In this document: positions 39,801 to 53,387 of the stretch, piece by piece | Layout of the letters: every line of letters starts with the position of its first letter | Numbering within the stretch: position 1 is the stretch's first letter | Origin: Eledone cirrhosa | Taxonomy: Eukaryota | Assembly: GCA_964016885.1 (NCBI GenBank) | Contig: OZ024740.1 | Span: 128,154,001-128,218,000 of the forward strand | Length of the DNA: 64,000 nt | Direction of reading: 5' to 3' | Translations under genes and position numbers: made by a program | The notes under the pieces: generated by a model | What the model was told of the DNA's origin: nothing | Database searches by the model: none | Seen by the model: only the letters and a program-made list of their open reading frames with translations

Positions 39801-39987
39801 GGCGGTGGATTGGCAGTATCGGTAGAGGTTCGGACGCCATGCTTTGACGCATAGAGTTACGGCCCTTGCCATTCTGAGTTCAAATCCCGCCGAGGTTAAC
39901 TTTGCCTTTCATCCTTACGGGGTCGATAAAATAAAGTACCAGTAATGTACTGGGTAATTTTCTGGCCTTGTGCCAATAGTAGAAACA
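39801..39987 (+). mobile_element. tRNA-derived SINE, full length, 20-bp TSD
   Basis: A-box-like TGGCAGTATCGG, B-box GAGTTCAAATCC, central GCCTTTCATCC..GGTCGATAAA..GTACCAG domain; TSD AGTATATTAATTGCATTTAT at 39781-39800 and 39988-40007. Confidence 0.92.
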
Positions 39988-41066
39988 AGTATATTAATTG
40001 CATTTATCATGTAAATCACCAACATTACAGATGTTTCAGTTATTGACTGAAGAGCCATCCCTAGTCACTGAGAACTGGGGTATATGTCTAATGTGTTAGG
40101 ATTTTAGGGGGTGATGGTGTGATCCTGGTTAGAGTGTTGGTATTTGTGTGGTAACCTCCAGCAGTGCATAATATTCTGTGATAATAATCATGGAGGCAGG
40201 GTTGTAATGGTCAATTTGGATTCTGCGTATGAGGCTGAGGTTGATCCTAGGTGGAGTTGTGAACCTGGAGTGTGTGCGTGTTAGAGATTTACATGAAAGT
40301 CTTCCTGAATGGGGTAGGACTGAAATTATACAGGGGTGCATGGAAGGGTGGGAATAGCTACTAAGGAGTGATAGAGGGAGGAGGTACAAGTAAATGTGCC
40401 AGGTTATATTTTATCCAGGTAGGCAGGACTACACGAGTGTAGCATGTCACCACTCCTCATAACCTTTTGTCATTTATGGTGAAAGTTTCAAATTCTAAAG
40501 GCCAGTCCTCACTACCTCATCCCATGTTATTTATTTCAACATCAATAATCAGTAATGTTCCATCTATGTGAAAATAGTTTGCTGCTTTATTCAAAAGAAG
40601 TTTGGTGTATACATGCATACTTATACACACAACAATCTACCACAATTTATTCATGTGTGTATGAATATGTATGTGCTTGATGTACAACAGCATATACATA
40701 AATATCTTTCTGGTTATTTAACTAAGATTCATTCTTATAACATGATTACTGAACACTTATTCCTGTTCTCTTTATGATATTATCACAAAATCATAACTGA
40801 CACCATCATCTTTAAATTCCCATCATATATATATATACGTTGGTGTGCACATGTGCAAATGCATGCACATGCACCCCAAAACACCCATAATATATATACT
40901 TTCGTACACACAAATATGCACTCACTAATAACATGTATATGAATGTACCTTATATGTATATATATATATATATACATATACAAATATATATATATACATA
41001 CATATTCAAATATATATATATATATACATACATACATACATACATCAAATATATATATATATATAC

Positions 41067-41124
<58 letters not shown>

Positions 41125-41125
<1 letters not shown>

Positions 41126-43005
41126 GTAATAATAATAAATTTGAAGACTAAAATCCAAAGAGGGCTCGATAAGGATAAATATATATCAAATATATATATA
41201 TGCATATTTATACACACACACACACACACCTATATGTATATATATATATATATCTAACAAAGTCAATCTGTAAACGCAGAACTGGATATTTCAAAAAACG
41301 TTGCAACCGGAGGAAGACAGGAAGACGATACTTTGGTTCGTGGTAACGTTCGCTGGCAAAGAACGGGAAAAAACGAATAATACGTCATTAATAGGAGCGG
41401 TGAAAAACATTACGCGCAAAGACAAAACCACGTTTATGGTATAAAAGAGGTCGTAGACTAATGTTCTCTCAGGTGGTGCATAGAGACGTTCTCTGGCAAT
41501 GAACGAAAAAACGAAGATAATAAGTCATATGTGGAGCGTGGAGAACAATAGCACGCAAAGACAAAACCACGTAAATGGTATAGCAGAAATCGTAGACTAA
41601 AATTCTAACTAGGAGACCAAATGAATCTCCGCTACAGAGTTAAGAACATAGTAAATAAATACAATACAGAAGTAATAGGAACAAATAAATACATACACGC
41701 AAACAGATACGTACATACACAAGCATACGCAAAACCTTACCATGGGTATACAAAACCACGCACATATAAATATGTGTGTGTGTATGCTTGTGTACAAATA
41801 AATAAATAATTATATAAACGTATATAAGTAAATAAATACGTATATAACAAGCGCACACGCATACCTACATATAAATACACGAATGTTCGGAGACGTAAGT
41901 CAACTAAAACAAGAAGTACACATATACACACACCCCCACCATACGTACGAACCTGCACACTCACGCGGACGCAAAACTCCCGTATACACATAGCCAAACC
42001 CTAAATACCAGAATATGTAAAAATTATACGCTATAACAGTCAAATATACGTACGAGAAGGTATGCATACCTTCACAAAACATACGGGTAATATATACTTA
42101 CCTATGCAAATACGTAAAGGAATAAACAAAACATATACTTAGCTCCCACATCAAGACGTAAAATATCCACGTATAGATCGTGCTATCCGTTAGGGTATAA
42201 CGTGGGGCTGTAATACAGGAAAGTTTTGTGCAATTTATGTTTACAAACCGAAATTACCTCAGATTTTTTGTTTAAGATGTGGTCTGTAGCGTAGAGTATT
42301 TCCAGGGCCTCAGCGGCGCAGAGGTCACATGGTCTTTTATTTCAGTTATACGATCTAGCCCTAGCTAGAATCTCCCAGTGTATCTTATATTGGGTGTGGT
42401 TGTCTTTTAGACTCCAGATATAAGCTGAAAGTGACGTCATATTCCTTCTTAGAGGGTAACGAAAAGAATGGGTATGCATGTAAAGACGCTGCTTGAAACT
42501 ATTGGCGGTTAACCCTATGTAGGCCCTACGGGACGTGGGTGTTAAAACCTTACATTTGTAGACAATGTTACGAGAGAGGCATTTCCCGGATAGGGGGCAA
42601 TCAGCCCGATTCCTACAATTACAGTTAGTACTACCTACAGGGTTGCACGTGTTCCTACGGCTAGGTAGTTTAGCTAAATTTGAAGCTGTGATGTTATGTG
42701 CAAGGTTAGGAGTCGTAGAGTAAAAAGTTTTAATAGTATTTCTATTAAAAATTTTACTATATTTATGTGTAGGGGGAAAATGCTTCGTAATAAGGGAAAG
42801 AAAGATCTTAGCTAATGGTGTGGCCACCTCCATATTATATGGTGGGTTAAACCAACAAATGCGACGGGATCTATTTATTCTAGGTCTATTTTCGTACTCT
42901 GTATATGCTGCCTTATCGACAAATCCACTTCGAGCAAGAAGATCCCGTTAAGGGTGAAAGCAGCGATTCTTTGCTTAAACTTTAATCTGTTATTTTAATA
43001 AATAT
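41125..43005 (-). mobile_element. PLE family A rearranged copy: minus terminus 41125-41195, minus body 41254-42937, plus HHR/tail 42935-43005
   Basis: ORF 42342-42833 is the GIY-YIG region, nearly identical to 63379-63865; 3' UTR homologous to 19141-20063. Confidence 0.9.
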
Positions 43006-43026
43006 ATATATAAGTATATATATAAG

Positions 43027-43421
43027 TATAAGTATGTACACGTACATACATATATGTATACCGACGTACAGTAGTATGTATATATATACATACATGCACA
43101 CATATATATGTGCACGTATGGATTCACCGAACATTTATTGTAGTGCTCGGTGTGTTTGTGGACAAACATCCCGTATTAAGCCGTAGTGTCTAGCAACCAC
43201 CGTTGCTCGTTTGTTCAACACTGACAAAGGAACGCTGTACTAGTTTCAAGCTTGTTAGCTAACGGCTTAATACGGGATGTTTGTTTACAAACGCACCGAG
43301 CATTGTAATAAATGTTCGGTGAATCCATACGTGCATATATATATGTGTGCATGTATGTATATATATATACATACTGCTGTATGTCGGTATACATATATGT
43401 ATGTACGTGTACATACTTATA
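43027..43421 (+). repeat. Foldback element: ~158-bp inverted arms (43027-43184, 43262-43421) with a 77-nt spacer
   Basis: Arms paired base by base; 9 mismatches, all G.T on the + strand, plus one TA-unit length difference. Confidence 0.92.
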
Positions 43422-43489
43422 TTTAAGTAACAGCCGTACTAAGAGTGGGAAATGAAATATCGTTTCATTTTTTCCGTTTATATATATAA

Positions 43490-43536
<47 letters not shown>

Positions 43537-43609
43537 TATATATATATATATAAGTATATATATATATATATATATAAGTATATATATATATAAGTATATA
43601 TATATACAA

Positions 43610-43650
<41 letters not shown>

Positions 43651-44729
43651 TATATATATATATATATATATATAAGTATATATATGTATATATATATATA
43701 TATATAAGTATATATAGTAAAACCTACTACAGCCAGTAGGCATCTAACAAAATACCCCCCCCCCGTCCCACAGCCCCCAACCCATCCACGCCACCCCGTT
43801 CTATGTAAAGTTGTGTTGGTGCCACACCATCCAGGCCGAAACAAATGAGATCGTGTAGGTGTCACGACAAAAAAAACACACAGTCCACGCTGTAATGTGC
43901 CCGTGTAGGCAACACGGTAAAAACCTCCCAGACCCACACTGTAAATGTGGTTGGTGTTAGGAAGGGCATCCAACTGTAGAAAACCTGCCAGATAGTCCTA
44001 TGCGAGCAAGACAATCACTCTTGCCTCAAGTGGGACTACCCCCGTCCAAACCCATGCAAGCGTGGAACACGGACGTTAAACGGTGATGATGATGATGATG
44101 ATGATATATATATATATATATGTATATGTATATATATATGTGTGTGTGTGTTTGTGTGTTTGTGTGTGTGTGTCAGTGTATCTATACCTGTATAAGAATA
44201 TGTATAAACGTTTCAGTGGCAATATGTACTGTTGTATAAATATTTAAAATAGATTCATTATTTTGTATGCACTTGTAGTTGAAAAACATAGATAACACCT
44301 ATTTACTACATATTTCTAAATCTAATCAACCAACTCAATTTTCTAAAATCTCAATAAAGGCAATGGATATTTCAGTTTTGAAAATTTTCATTTTCTTTTA
44401 TCACAGAGCATTGCTTATGTTTCAAGCATTGACCTTTAACACTACATATAATCTATATATTGTAGTTATACACAGTTCTGCAGCTGTCTTATTTTAAAGA
44501 AAGGAAACTGAATTGCGACTTGCTCCCAAACCATATTACATACATCCAAAGAAACATATTGATAGATTCTATCACATTCTAGTTCATTTTAATCAATCTT
44601 TGCTATGAATAATGACCTTCGAGAAGTCTGATGGGTCTTTAAGATTATATATGTGCATATACACACCCGTATATATACACACAGACATGTGTATGTATAT
44701 ATAAATACTCATACATATATATACACACA

Positions 44730-44990
44730 CATGGTATGGACATGTGATGCGCATGGAGGATGACCGCTGGGTAAAGAAGTGCCAAGAAATCCCATTAGAA
44801 GGAAGCTGCAGTAGAGGTAGACCTCGAAATACATTGGCGGAGGTGGTGAGAGCAGACCTCAGATCGCTGAAACTCACAGAGGAGATGACGAAGGTCCGTG
44901 ACAAGTGGAGAGAGGCTAAGCTGAATAGGACCCGTCCAACCCTTGCAAGCAGGGAAAAGCAGATGTATGATGATGATGATGATGATGATG
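44730..44990 (+). mobile_element. RTE LINE extreme 3' end with (GAT)n tail
   Basis: WYGHVMRMEDDRWVKKC..RGRPRNTL.EVVRADL. Confidence 0.85.
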
Positions 44991-45329
44991 CACAAGCACA
45001 CATATATATATATTGCTTTTGAAAAGGTGTTAATTTGGTACAGTTCTCTGGAAATGTTGATGGTTGTGCATATGCACATATATAAGAACTAACGTTGGTA
45101 TACATGAAGTGCTTTTCTTATTTTCTGTTGTGCCATCAAATGAATCTATGCAAATCATTTATTCGAGGCTGTTTATGTTATGACTTCAAATTTGGCCTAA
45201 GCACAGAAGCTTTGAATTTTTACATTAACAATACACTTGGATCACACACCATGCTTGTCAGGGACTGGTCTGTATGCTTCTGTTCCTGTGATTACATCAG
45301 ACTTCAATTACGCGCAACTGCATGAGCTG

Positions 45330-45860
45330 GTGGAGGCTGACACATTCCAAACATCATGTTAACAATCTAAATTGTTTGGGGCATTGAAAACAACACTGCT
45401 CAATCACTTGCATGCAATAGGAAAGGTGTCCAGGCTGGACTAATGGGTGCCCCACAATCTAACTGACCATAATCGTGTATGTCAGGCAGCAGCTGCAACA
45501 TCTTGGCTCTCCTACCATCATACAACCAGCTGGTTACATTCCATTGTCATTGGTGATGAAAAATTATGTTTCTAAAATAATGTCAAGTGCCATCAATCAT
45601 TACTTGATAAAGAGAATATGCCAAAATTCCAAGTAAAGGCTGACCTTCACCCTCACAATGCCCTTCTGAGCATCTGATGGGCTGCAAACGTGTCATCCAA
45701 TCAGCAATGCAATTCAGTGAGAGACTTTCCCCAATGAAGAACAATTAAATCAGTGGCTGATAGAATTATTTAATCCAGAAGAATTCTATAGGAATGGAAT
45801 CATGCACCTTCTTAAATGATGGCAGATGGTAATAGAAAATGATGGCAATTCCTTTGACTT
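45330..45860 (+). pseudogene. Mariner-type transposase relic, internally deleted
   Basis: Manual reading gives WVPHNLT, IV.GDEK, K.DLHP..LLSI.W and C-terminal FY.NGI.HL..W..VI.NDG..F. Confidence 0.75.
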
Positions 45861-45954
45861 ATGTTAAAAACGTCAAAGTCAATAACAATTTGAAAAAATT
45901 AGAACTTTCAGTCTAGCATAATAGGCACGAACATAGATGAGTAGTTCAAAATTA

Positions 45955-46345
45955 GCAATCCTTAAGAAATCCTCTATGCTGATGAACTTGTCCTTGTAGC
46001 TGAATCTTTGGAATGATTAGAGACAGAATTTAAGGCATGGAAGAATAGCGAAGAGTTGAAATGCCTAAAAGTCAACTTTGCAAAAAGGATAAGTAGAAAA
46101 GAAGATAAGAAGGTGATACTATCAAGAAAAGGGTGGGCAGAAATTCTGTAAAATGAACACAGTGTAATAAATATAGGCTCATGAGATGTAGTGGGATTGC
46201 AGCAGTTGCACAAGAGAAATAAGCACTGAGAGCACATCTAAAATAAATACCTTCAGTTGTCAGTGTCTCCTTAGAAGTTGTTGACAGCTTTTTTGACCAA
46301 ATTAGCAGTGGCAAAGTTTGACAGTCAGGATAAGATCAGACTGAA
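45955..46345 (+). mobile_element. Decayed RTE RT fragment
   Basis: EILYADELVLVAES, LKVNFAK and SLEVVDSF-like segments. Confidence 0.65.
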
Positions 46346-46351
46346 AGAAGA

Positions 46352-49300
46352 TTAACTAAATTAAGGATAGTTAATATATTGATTTCTAAGGTGTATACTA
46401 CTTAGGTTTATAATATTTGAAGCGGAATTTTGAAGTTAAATAGTAGTAGAGTATTAATAATAGTATAACTAAATTAAAATTATTAACGTTATGGTATCAA
46501 TATTAGGAAATGAATTTAGTAATAGGGAAAAAACAAATAAAGTATTACATCGGTAGTAGAATATAAATTATAGGTTAACTAAATTAAAAATTATATATTA
46601 ATTTCTATAGTATATGTTAATTAGGTTTATAATAATTAAAACAGATATTGTATTTTATCTATAGTAGAATATAATTATAGGTAAACAGAAAATTAAAATT
46701 AATACATACACTTATACATATACATATATATATATATACACATATATATATATATACATATACATATATATACATACATATACATATTTTTTCAAAAATT
46801 GCAAAGAATATATTAACTAGGTATAGATCCAAAACCTATCTCAGTCTATGATTACATGACACTCTGCAATCCATCTGTATTAGGATATTAATTTTAAGCC
46901 AATTAAATTAAATTATAAATATATTTCTTTAAAGAGGTTCCCAAATATTGTTTTTCCATTGTGATATGGATGATGGACAATTGAAAGAGCTCAACTAAAT
47001 GTATATGGGTTTACAAAATCATACATATATATGTATATACATAAATATAAAATTAACACACACATACAGTACAAAAATACGAATATTTCCGTGAAAATAG
47101 GAGCAAAATTATGTAGATAAATCTACCAAGAGTTTACGGTAGTGTCCAATCCGTATGAAGAACTCAATGTAACCATATCACAATGGAAAAACAATATTTG
47201 GGAACCTCTTTAAAGAACATACCAATACCTTCTAAGGATGATTTCTTACTCCTTATGATTCAAAGAACTAACCAATTTATCAGAAGAGTTAGATGGAGGG
47301 CCTACCACTTCGATAAAAAATCTAAATATGCAGATAGGAAATATATGTATGATTTCAATACTTACAAAAATCCACCACACAACTCTTTGCTTGAAGACTT
47401 TGAGAAAGACCTTTTTAATTTAATTAAACACCTCAAATTTAAAAAGTATAAATCTGTCTTTCAAAATGACCTTGATTCTACCCTATTGGACCTAAAAAAG
47501 TCTAAAAAAATCCATGTCCACTCGACAAAACTGGTAACTTGTATCACATGGATATTGAAGATTATAATGAGTTCATATATAAAGAACTCAGGAAAAATTA
47601 TAAAAAATCTAATAATGCATCACTCACCAACATCAACAACAAAACACACAACATAGTAAAAAATCTAAACATTGAAGATAGAACTGAACCTTTGGCATTG
47701 AAAAGACCACACTTCAACCTGAAGGATCATAAATCAAACTTTAACTCAAATCCTTCTATAAGACTTATATGTCCCTCCAAATCTGATATTGGAATAATTA
47801 GCAAAAAAATGTTGGATAGAGTCATCCCACAAATAAGAAAACACGTTATTTTACCACTCTGGGAAAACACTTCCCAGGTAATTAACTGGTTTAAAATATT
47901 AGATGTAAATCTTCTGCTTCATTTCTACAATTTGATATAGATAATTACTATTCTTCTATATCACCTATACTCCTGAACAAAGCATTGATATTTGCTAAAA
48001 ATAGATCTAACTTAACTTTGGATGACATTAATATTATTACACATGCTAGACTAACACTTATTGAATTTCAGAATGAATACTGGACCAGAAACACATATAG
48101 TAATCTATTTGATATTACTATGGGTTCAAGCGATTCCGCCCAAATTACTGATCTTGTGGGCCTCTTTCTCCTTTTCAACATAAATGCCTCCTTTCCCCAC
48201 CTTAAAGGTGGTTTATATCGTGATGACTGTCTTCTTCTTTCCAACAACCTTAGCCTTTCAGAAATAGAAAAAAACAAAAAGCATATTAGAACTTTCCTTA
48301 AAGACTATTATAGTCTTCATATTACTTTTGAAAAAACAAGTAAAGTAGTAAATTTCCTAGATATAACTTTAGACTTAGCTACGGGTATCTACCAACCTTA
48401 CCATAAACCCAACCAAAACTTACACTACATACACTCACAATCTAATCAACCTAAATCTATCCTTAAAAACCTTGCATATAATATATCACTTAGAATTTCT
48501 AACCTTTCTTCTAACCAAGATGTATTTGATAAAAATGCGACCTTCTATAACGAAGCTCTAGATAGAAGTGGCCACAAAAATAGATTAGAATATATACCTT
48601 CTACTAAAAATACTATAAACATACAATCTAATATTACCAACAAACACCAAATGAAAAGTACACACCTAAATGCCACCCACACTATACCCCAAAATACCAA
48701 CTCTTCTAATATAAAGTATAGTAACTCTCAAAAAACTACTCATCATACAACTCTAATAAATGTTAATAATAAAACTCCTAATAAACAAGATAAAACACCT
48801 AAATCTACAAATCTAACTAAAAATGTGCGTGGTGAGATCATTAACATTAATCCTCCTAGTAAACATCACGATACAACCTATAAAAATAATAAACAACATA
48901 GAAACCGTAATAGACGGGTTACTTGGTATAATGCTCCATTTAATTTACAAATTAAGGATAATATTGCTAAAAAAATTTTTTATATCCTAGAGAAAAACTT
49001 CCCGCCAAACCACAAATACCATCAAATCTTAAATAGGTCTACAGTTAAATTCTCATACTCAATAACAAATAACATAAAACAAAATATAAGTGCCTATAAT
49101 GCATATAAATGTAAGAATACCATAAGTATACCACCAATACATCAAACTAACCATAATATCTCTTCAAATACAGAATTAACGAAAGGTTGTAACTGTAGAA
49201 ACAAGGCAAACTGCCCATTAAAAGGAAATTGTCTTGTTAACAACATAGTTTATAAATGTAATGTTAAAACTAAAGATTCTATTTGCTCATATATAGGAGC

Positions 49301-50507
49301 TACTTCTAACAATTTTAAGGCAAGGTTTAATACCCACAAACATAGTTTTAAAAATGCCGCACTGGCTAATACAACATCTCTAGCAGAAGAAATCAATAGT
49401 TATAAAAATAAGAATATAGAATATGATTTGACCTGGAGTGTGCTCAAAAGAGCCACCCCTTATCAAAATAATAGAAATGAATGTAGATTATGTTCCCAAG
49501 AACTATTTGAAATAATGAAATCTAAGGATATCCTATTAAATAAACGACAGGAATTAATTATATCGTGTAATCATAAACTAAGAAAAACATTTAAATATTA
49601 TAAACCTAATTAATAACATTATTTTAGAATTTAATATATAATTTAATTTAAATGTTAGTTAACCTATAAATTTAATTTAATTAAAATTTTACTACAGATG
49701 AGATTATAAAATATTGTGTAATCATAAATTGTGAAAAACTTTTAAATATCACTAATATATACTTCGTAAATTAATTTATAGATTAATTTTAATTTATTTA
49801 ACTTTTTATTAAAATTCCTTTACAGATAAAATATAACAATATATCGTGTATTCAATGACAGAGAAATAATTTTTAGTATTATAGACCTAATTAATGTACA
49901 TTTTAGAAATATATTTATAATTTGGTTTTAAATTTGGTCAACCTAAAAATTTAATTTAATTGGCTTAAAATTAATATCCTAATACAGATGGATTGCAGAG
50001 TGTCATGTAATCATAGACTGAGATAGGTTTGGGATCTATACCTAGTTAATATATTCTTTGCAATTTTTGAAAAAATATGTATATGTATGTATATATATGT
50101 ATATGTATATATATATATGTGTATATATATATATGTATATGTATATGTGTATGTATTAATTTTAATTTTCTGTTTACCTATAATTATATTCTACTATAGA
50201 TAAAATACAATATCTGTTTTAATTATTATAAACCTAATTAACATATACTATAGAAATTAATATATAATTTTTAATTTAGTTAACCTATAATTTATATTCT
50301 ACTACCGATGTAATACTTTATTTGTTTTTTCCCTATTACTAAATTCATTTCCTAATATTGATACCATAACGTTAATAATTTTAATTTAGTTATACTACTA
50401 TTAATACTCTACTACTATTTAACTTCAAAATTCCGCTTCAAATATTATAAACCTAAGTAGTATACACCTTAGAAATCAATATATTAACTATCCTTAATTT
50501 AGTTAAC
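46352..50507. repeat. ~560-bp near-perfect inverted repeat (46352-46915 / 49949-50507) bracketing the PLE family B ORF
   Basis: Arms are reverse complements with very few differences; typical Penelope inverted 5' segment. Confidence 0.9.
47183..49613 (+). pseudogene. PLE family B RT + GIY-YIG ORF, two frameshifts (~47520, ~47930)
   Basis: SLKNIPIP, RRVRWRAYHF, LKDHKSNF, MGSSDSAQITDLVG, GGLYRDDCL, WYNAPF, CNCR..CPLKGNCL, VYKC..YIGAT..FKARF; paralogous to family A with an N/T/K-rich insert. Confidence 0.92.
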
Positions 50508-50795
50508 CTATGGTTAATGGTATAATTATATTGAAATGCATAATTTTGCCTTCTTTCTTACATTTCCTAATACTGAAACTATGTAAACACATATTATGAT
50601 CTAAATGCAGATTAATATTCTATGTTTCTTGAAACCTATATTTACTATAATCCCCCCCCCCCTTCCCCCCTACTATTATTATTTGTATTTGTAAGCGTTG
50701 ATGTATGTATGTATATGTAGGTAGGTATGTATGTTTGGGTGTTTGTATGTGAGTATAAAAATACATATGTGCGCATGTAAATAATAGTGTATGAT

Positions 50796-50840
<45 letters not shown>

Positions 50841-51018
50841 ATGTATATATGTGTGTATATATATATATATATGTATATGTGTGCGTATATATATGTATAT
50901 ATGTATCTATGTATTTATGTGGCTATATATGTGTGTATGTATATGTATGCACATGTATATGTCTAGGTGTATATGTGTGTATGTGTATATGTGTACGTAT
51001 GTGCGCATGTATATGTGA

Positions 51019-51092
<74 letters not shown>

Positions 51093-51414
51093 AATATATA
51101 TATATTTGTACTTGATGTGTGTATGTGTGTGTATGTATATATATATGTGTATGTATGTGTATATATATATATATATATATATGTATATGTATGTGTGTAT
51201 GTATGTATATATATATGTATATGTATGTGTGTGCATATTTGTCTGAGTTGTGTGAGCGTGTGGTGGTGTTTGTATGTATATACGCTTACATGGATGTGTA
51301 TGTATGTGTATATATGCGTATATGTATGTGTGTATGTGTGTGTGAGTATATATGTATGTCTATGTATGAGTATGTATGTGTGTGTATGTATGTGTGTATA
51401 TATATGTGTGTGTG

Positions 51415-51453
<39 letters not shown>

Positions 51454-51552
51454 TATGTGTGTGTGAGTGTGTATATATATCTTTATATATATATGTATGC
51501 GTATGTGTGTGTATGTATGTGTCTATATATATATATAAATATATATAATTAT

Positions 51553-52160
51553 GTCAGGTCACCACTTGGTGCTACTGGTAACATGTATCCCAGTACGACC
51601 TGTCTCATGGTCGGGTCGTTGGCGACTAAACTGGCAACCCCACCAAGGTTTCTTGGTGAGGAGGGTGACTTTGGACATCCTGCAGGACTAAAAACAAAAC
51701 CTGTCAAAGGGCAAAGGAGCTCTTAAGAGTCAATGGCCATCCAAAATCAGTGGGAGAGATGACCCCTTAGCCTTTGTCAAGGCAGAATTCTAGGAGAAGG
51801 AAAACTCTGATATAACACCTGCAACCCTGATGGGATCCAATGATGTTGACTTGTTCTTCTTTTTGGTAAATATCATCTTGGTTAAGAGAGTGGGACTGGC
51901 TTTGTGCAGTGCCTTTGCTCACTATAAAAGCTTCACGGCACAGGCATTGCTTTGTATCTGGAGATCTCTCTGCACTTGTCGTCACATGGTACCAAAGGCA
52001 AAGCACTATGTGTCAATAATTGTCACAAGTGTAGTGTTTGTACCAGAGTTTTCAAGTCGCTGGCTGGACTAAAAAGTCACTCGTTCAGCGCATCGGTAGG
52101 GGTTCTCCTACATGGATATAAAGTAGTGGCCGTACTCGAAAACGAGTTGGCAGCCACCAT
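51553..52160 (+). mobile_element. Non-autonomous, internally deleted RTE-derived element
   Basis: 3' part encodes [14 protein letters not shown], a zinc finger typical of RTE ORF ends; 5' part is shared with 36880-37037; sits in a (TA)n tract. Confidence 0.6.
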
Positions 52161-52213
52161 ATATATATATATATGTGTGTATATATATATATATGTGTAT
52201 ATATATGTGTATA

Positions 52214-52246
<33 letters not shown>

Positions 52247-52295
52247 TTATATGTGGGTATGTATGTGTATGTGTGTATATACATGAGTGTGTTTA

Positions 52296-52378
<83 letters not shown>

Positions 52379-52603
52379 GTGTGTTGTGAATGTACGTGTA
52401 TATATATGTATGCGTATATGTGTATATATATATATGTATGTGTGTATATAAGTATATGTCTATGTATTTATATGTGTATATGTATGTGTCTCTATATGTA
52501 TGCGGGTGTGTATGTATATGTGTATTTATATGGTGAGTGTATGTATATGTATGTGTATGTATGTGTTTGTCTATATGTGTATATATATGTATGTATGTGT
52601 ATG

Positions 52604-52686
<83 letters not shown>

Positions 52687-53387
52687 GTATGTATATCGAT
52701 GTATATTTTATATTTACTTGTTTATATATGTGTGTATGTATATATATATATGTGTGTGTATGTATATATTATATATATATATATTTTCTTGATATATTTC
52801 TTTTTTCTTTTTCTTTTCTTTTTATTTCTAAGTTTATAGATACATTTATAAATAGGCAGTCTGCTGACACCGGTGAATACTGACCTCTCCCCCCACCCAC
52901 CTACTTTCTGTATCTGGATCTAAATGTGTGTGGCAGTGTTTATGTGCGCGCATTAATATCCATATGCTTATGATAATAGTATATACACACATATATATGT
53001 GTGTGGGGGTGTATGTGTGTATGTATGTTCGTGGTTGTGTGTATGTGTTTGCGTATACGCGCGTCTGTGTGTGAATGTACGTATATGTGTGAGTATATGA
53101 ATGTGTGTATATATTTATTTTATATTTATATATGTGGGTACGTATTTTATCTGTAGATTATAAACATACAGAGACATTAGCCTTGAATTTTTGTATTTAC
53201 ATACATCTTTTTGGCAAGCGTATGCATGTGAACATATATCTTTATGCATATCTGTGAACGAAGTTACTTATATGAATATATACACACACCTAACTGTATA
53301 AACTTTTTGTATTTTCATTGGTCAATTTGAACTCTGTTCCCAAACAGACCTCTAATTTTGAATTGTTGTTATTATCAATAAATATAT

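Noticed and set aside
39801-39895. tRNA gene
   Set aside because: A/B boxes are present but there is no cloverleaf; it is the head of a multi-copy SINE with TSDs.
46352-50507. DNA transposon TIRs around an ORF
   Set aside because: The enclosed ORF is RT + GIY-YIG and the right arm is internal 3' UTR; this fits Penelope inverted-end formation.
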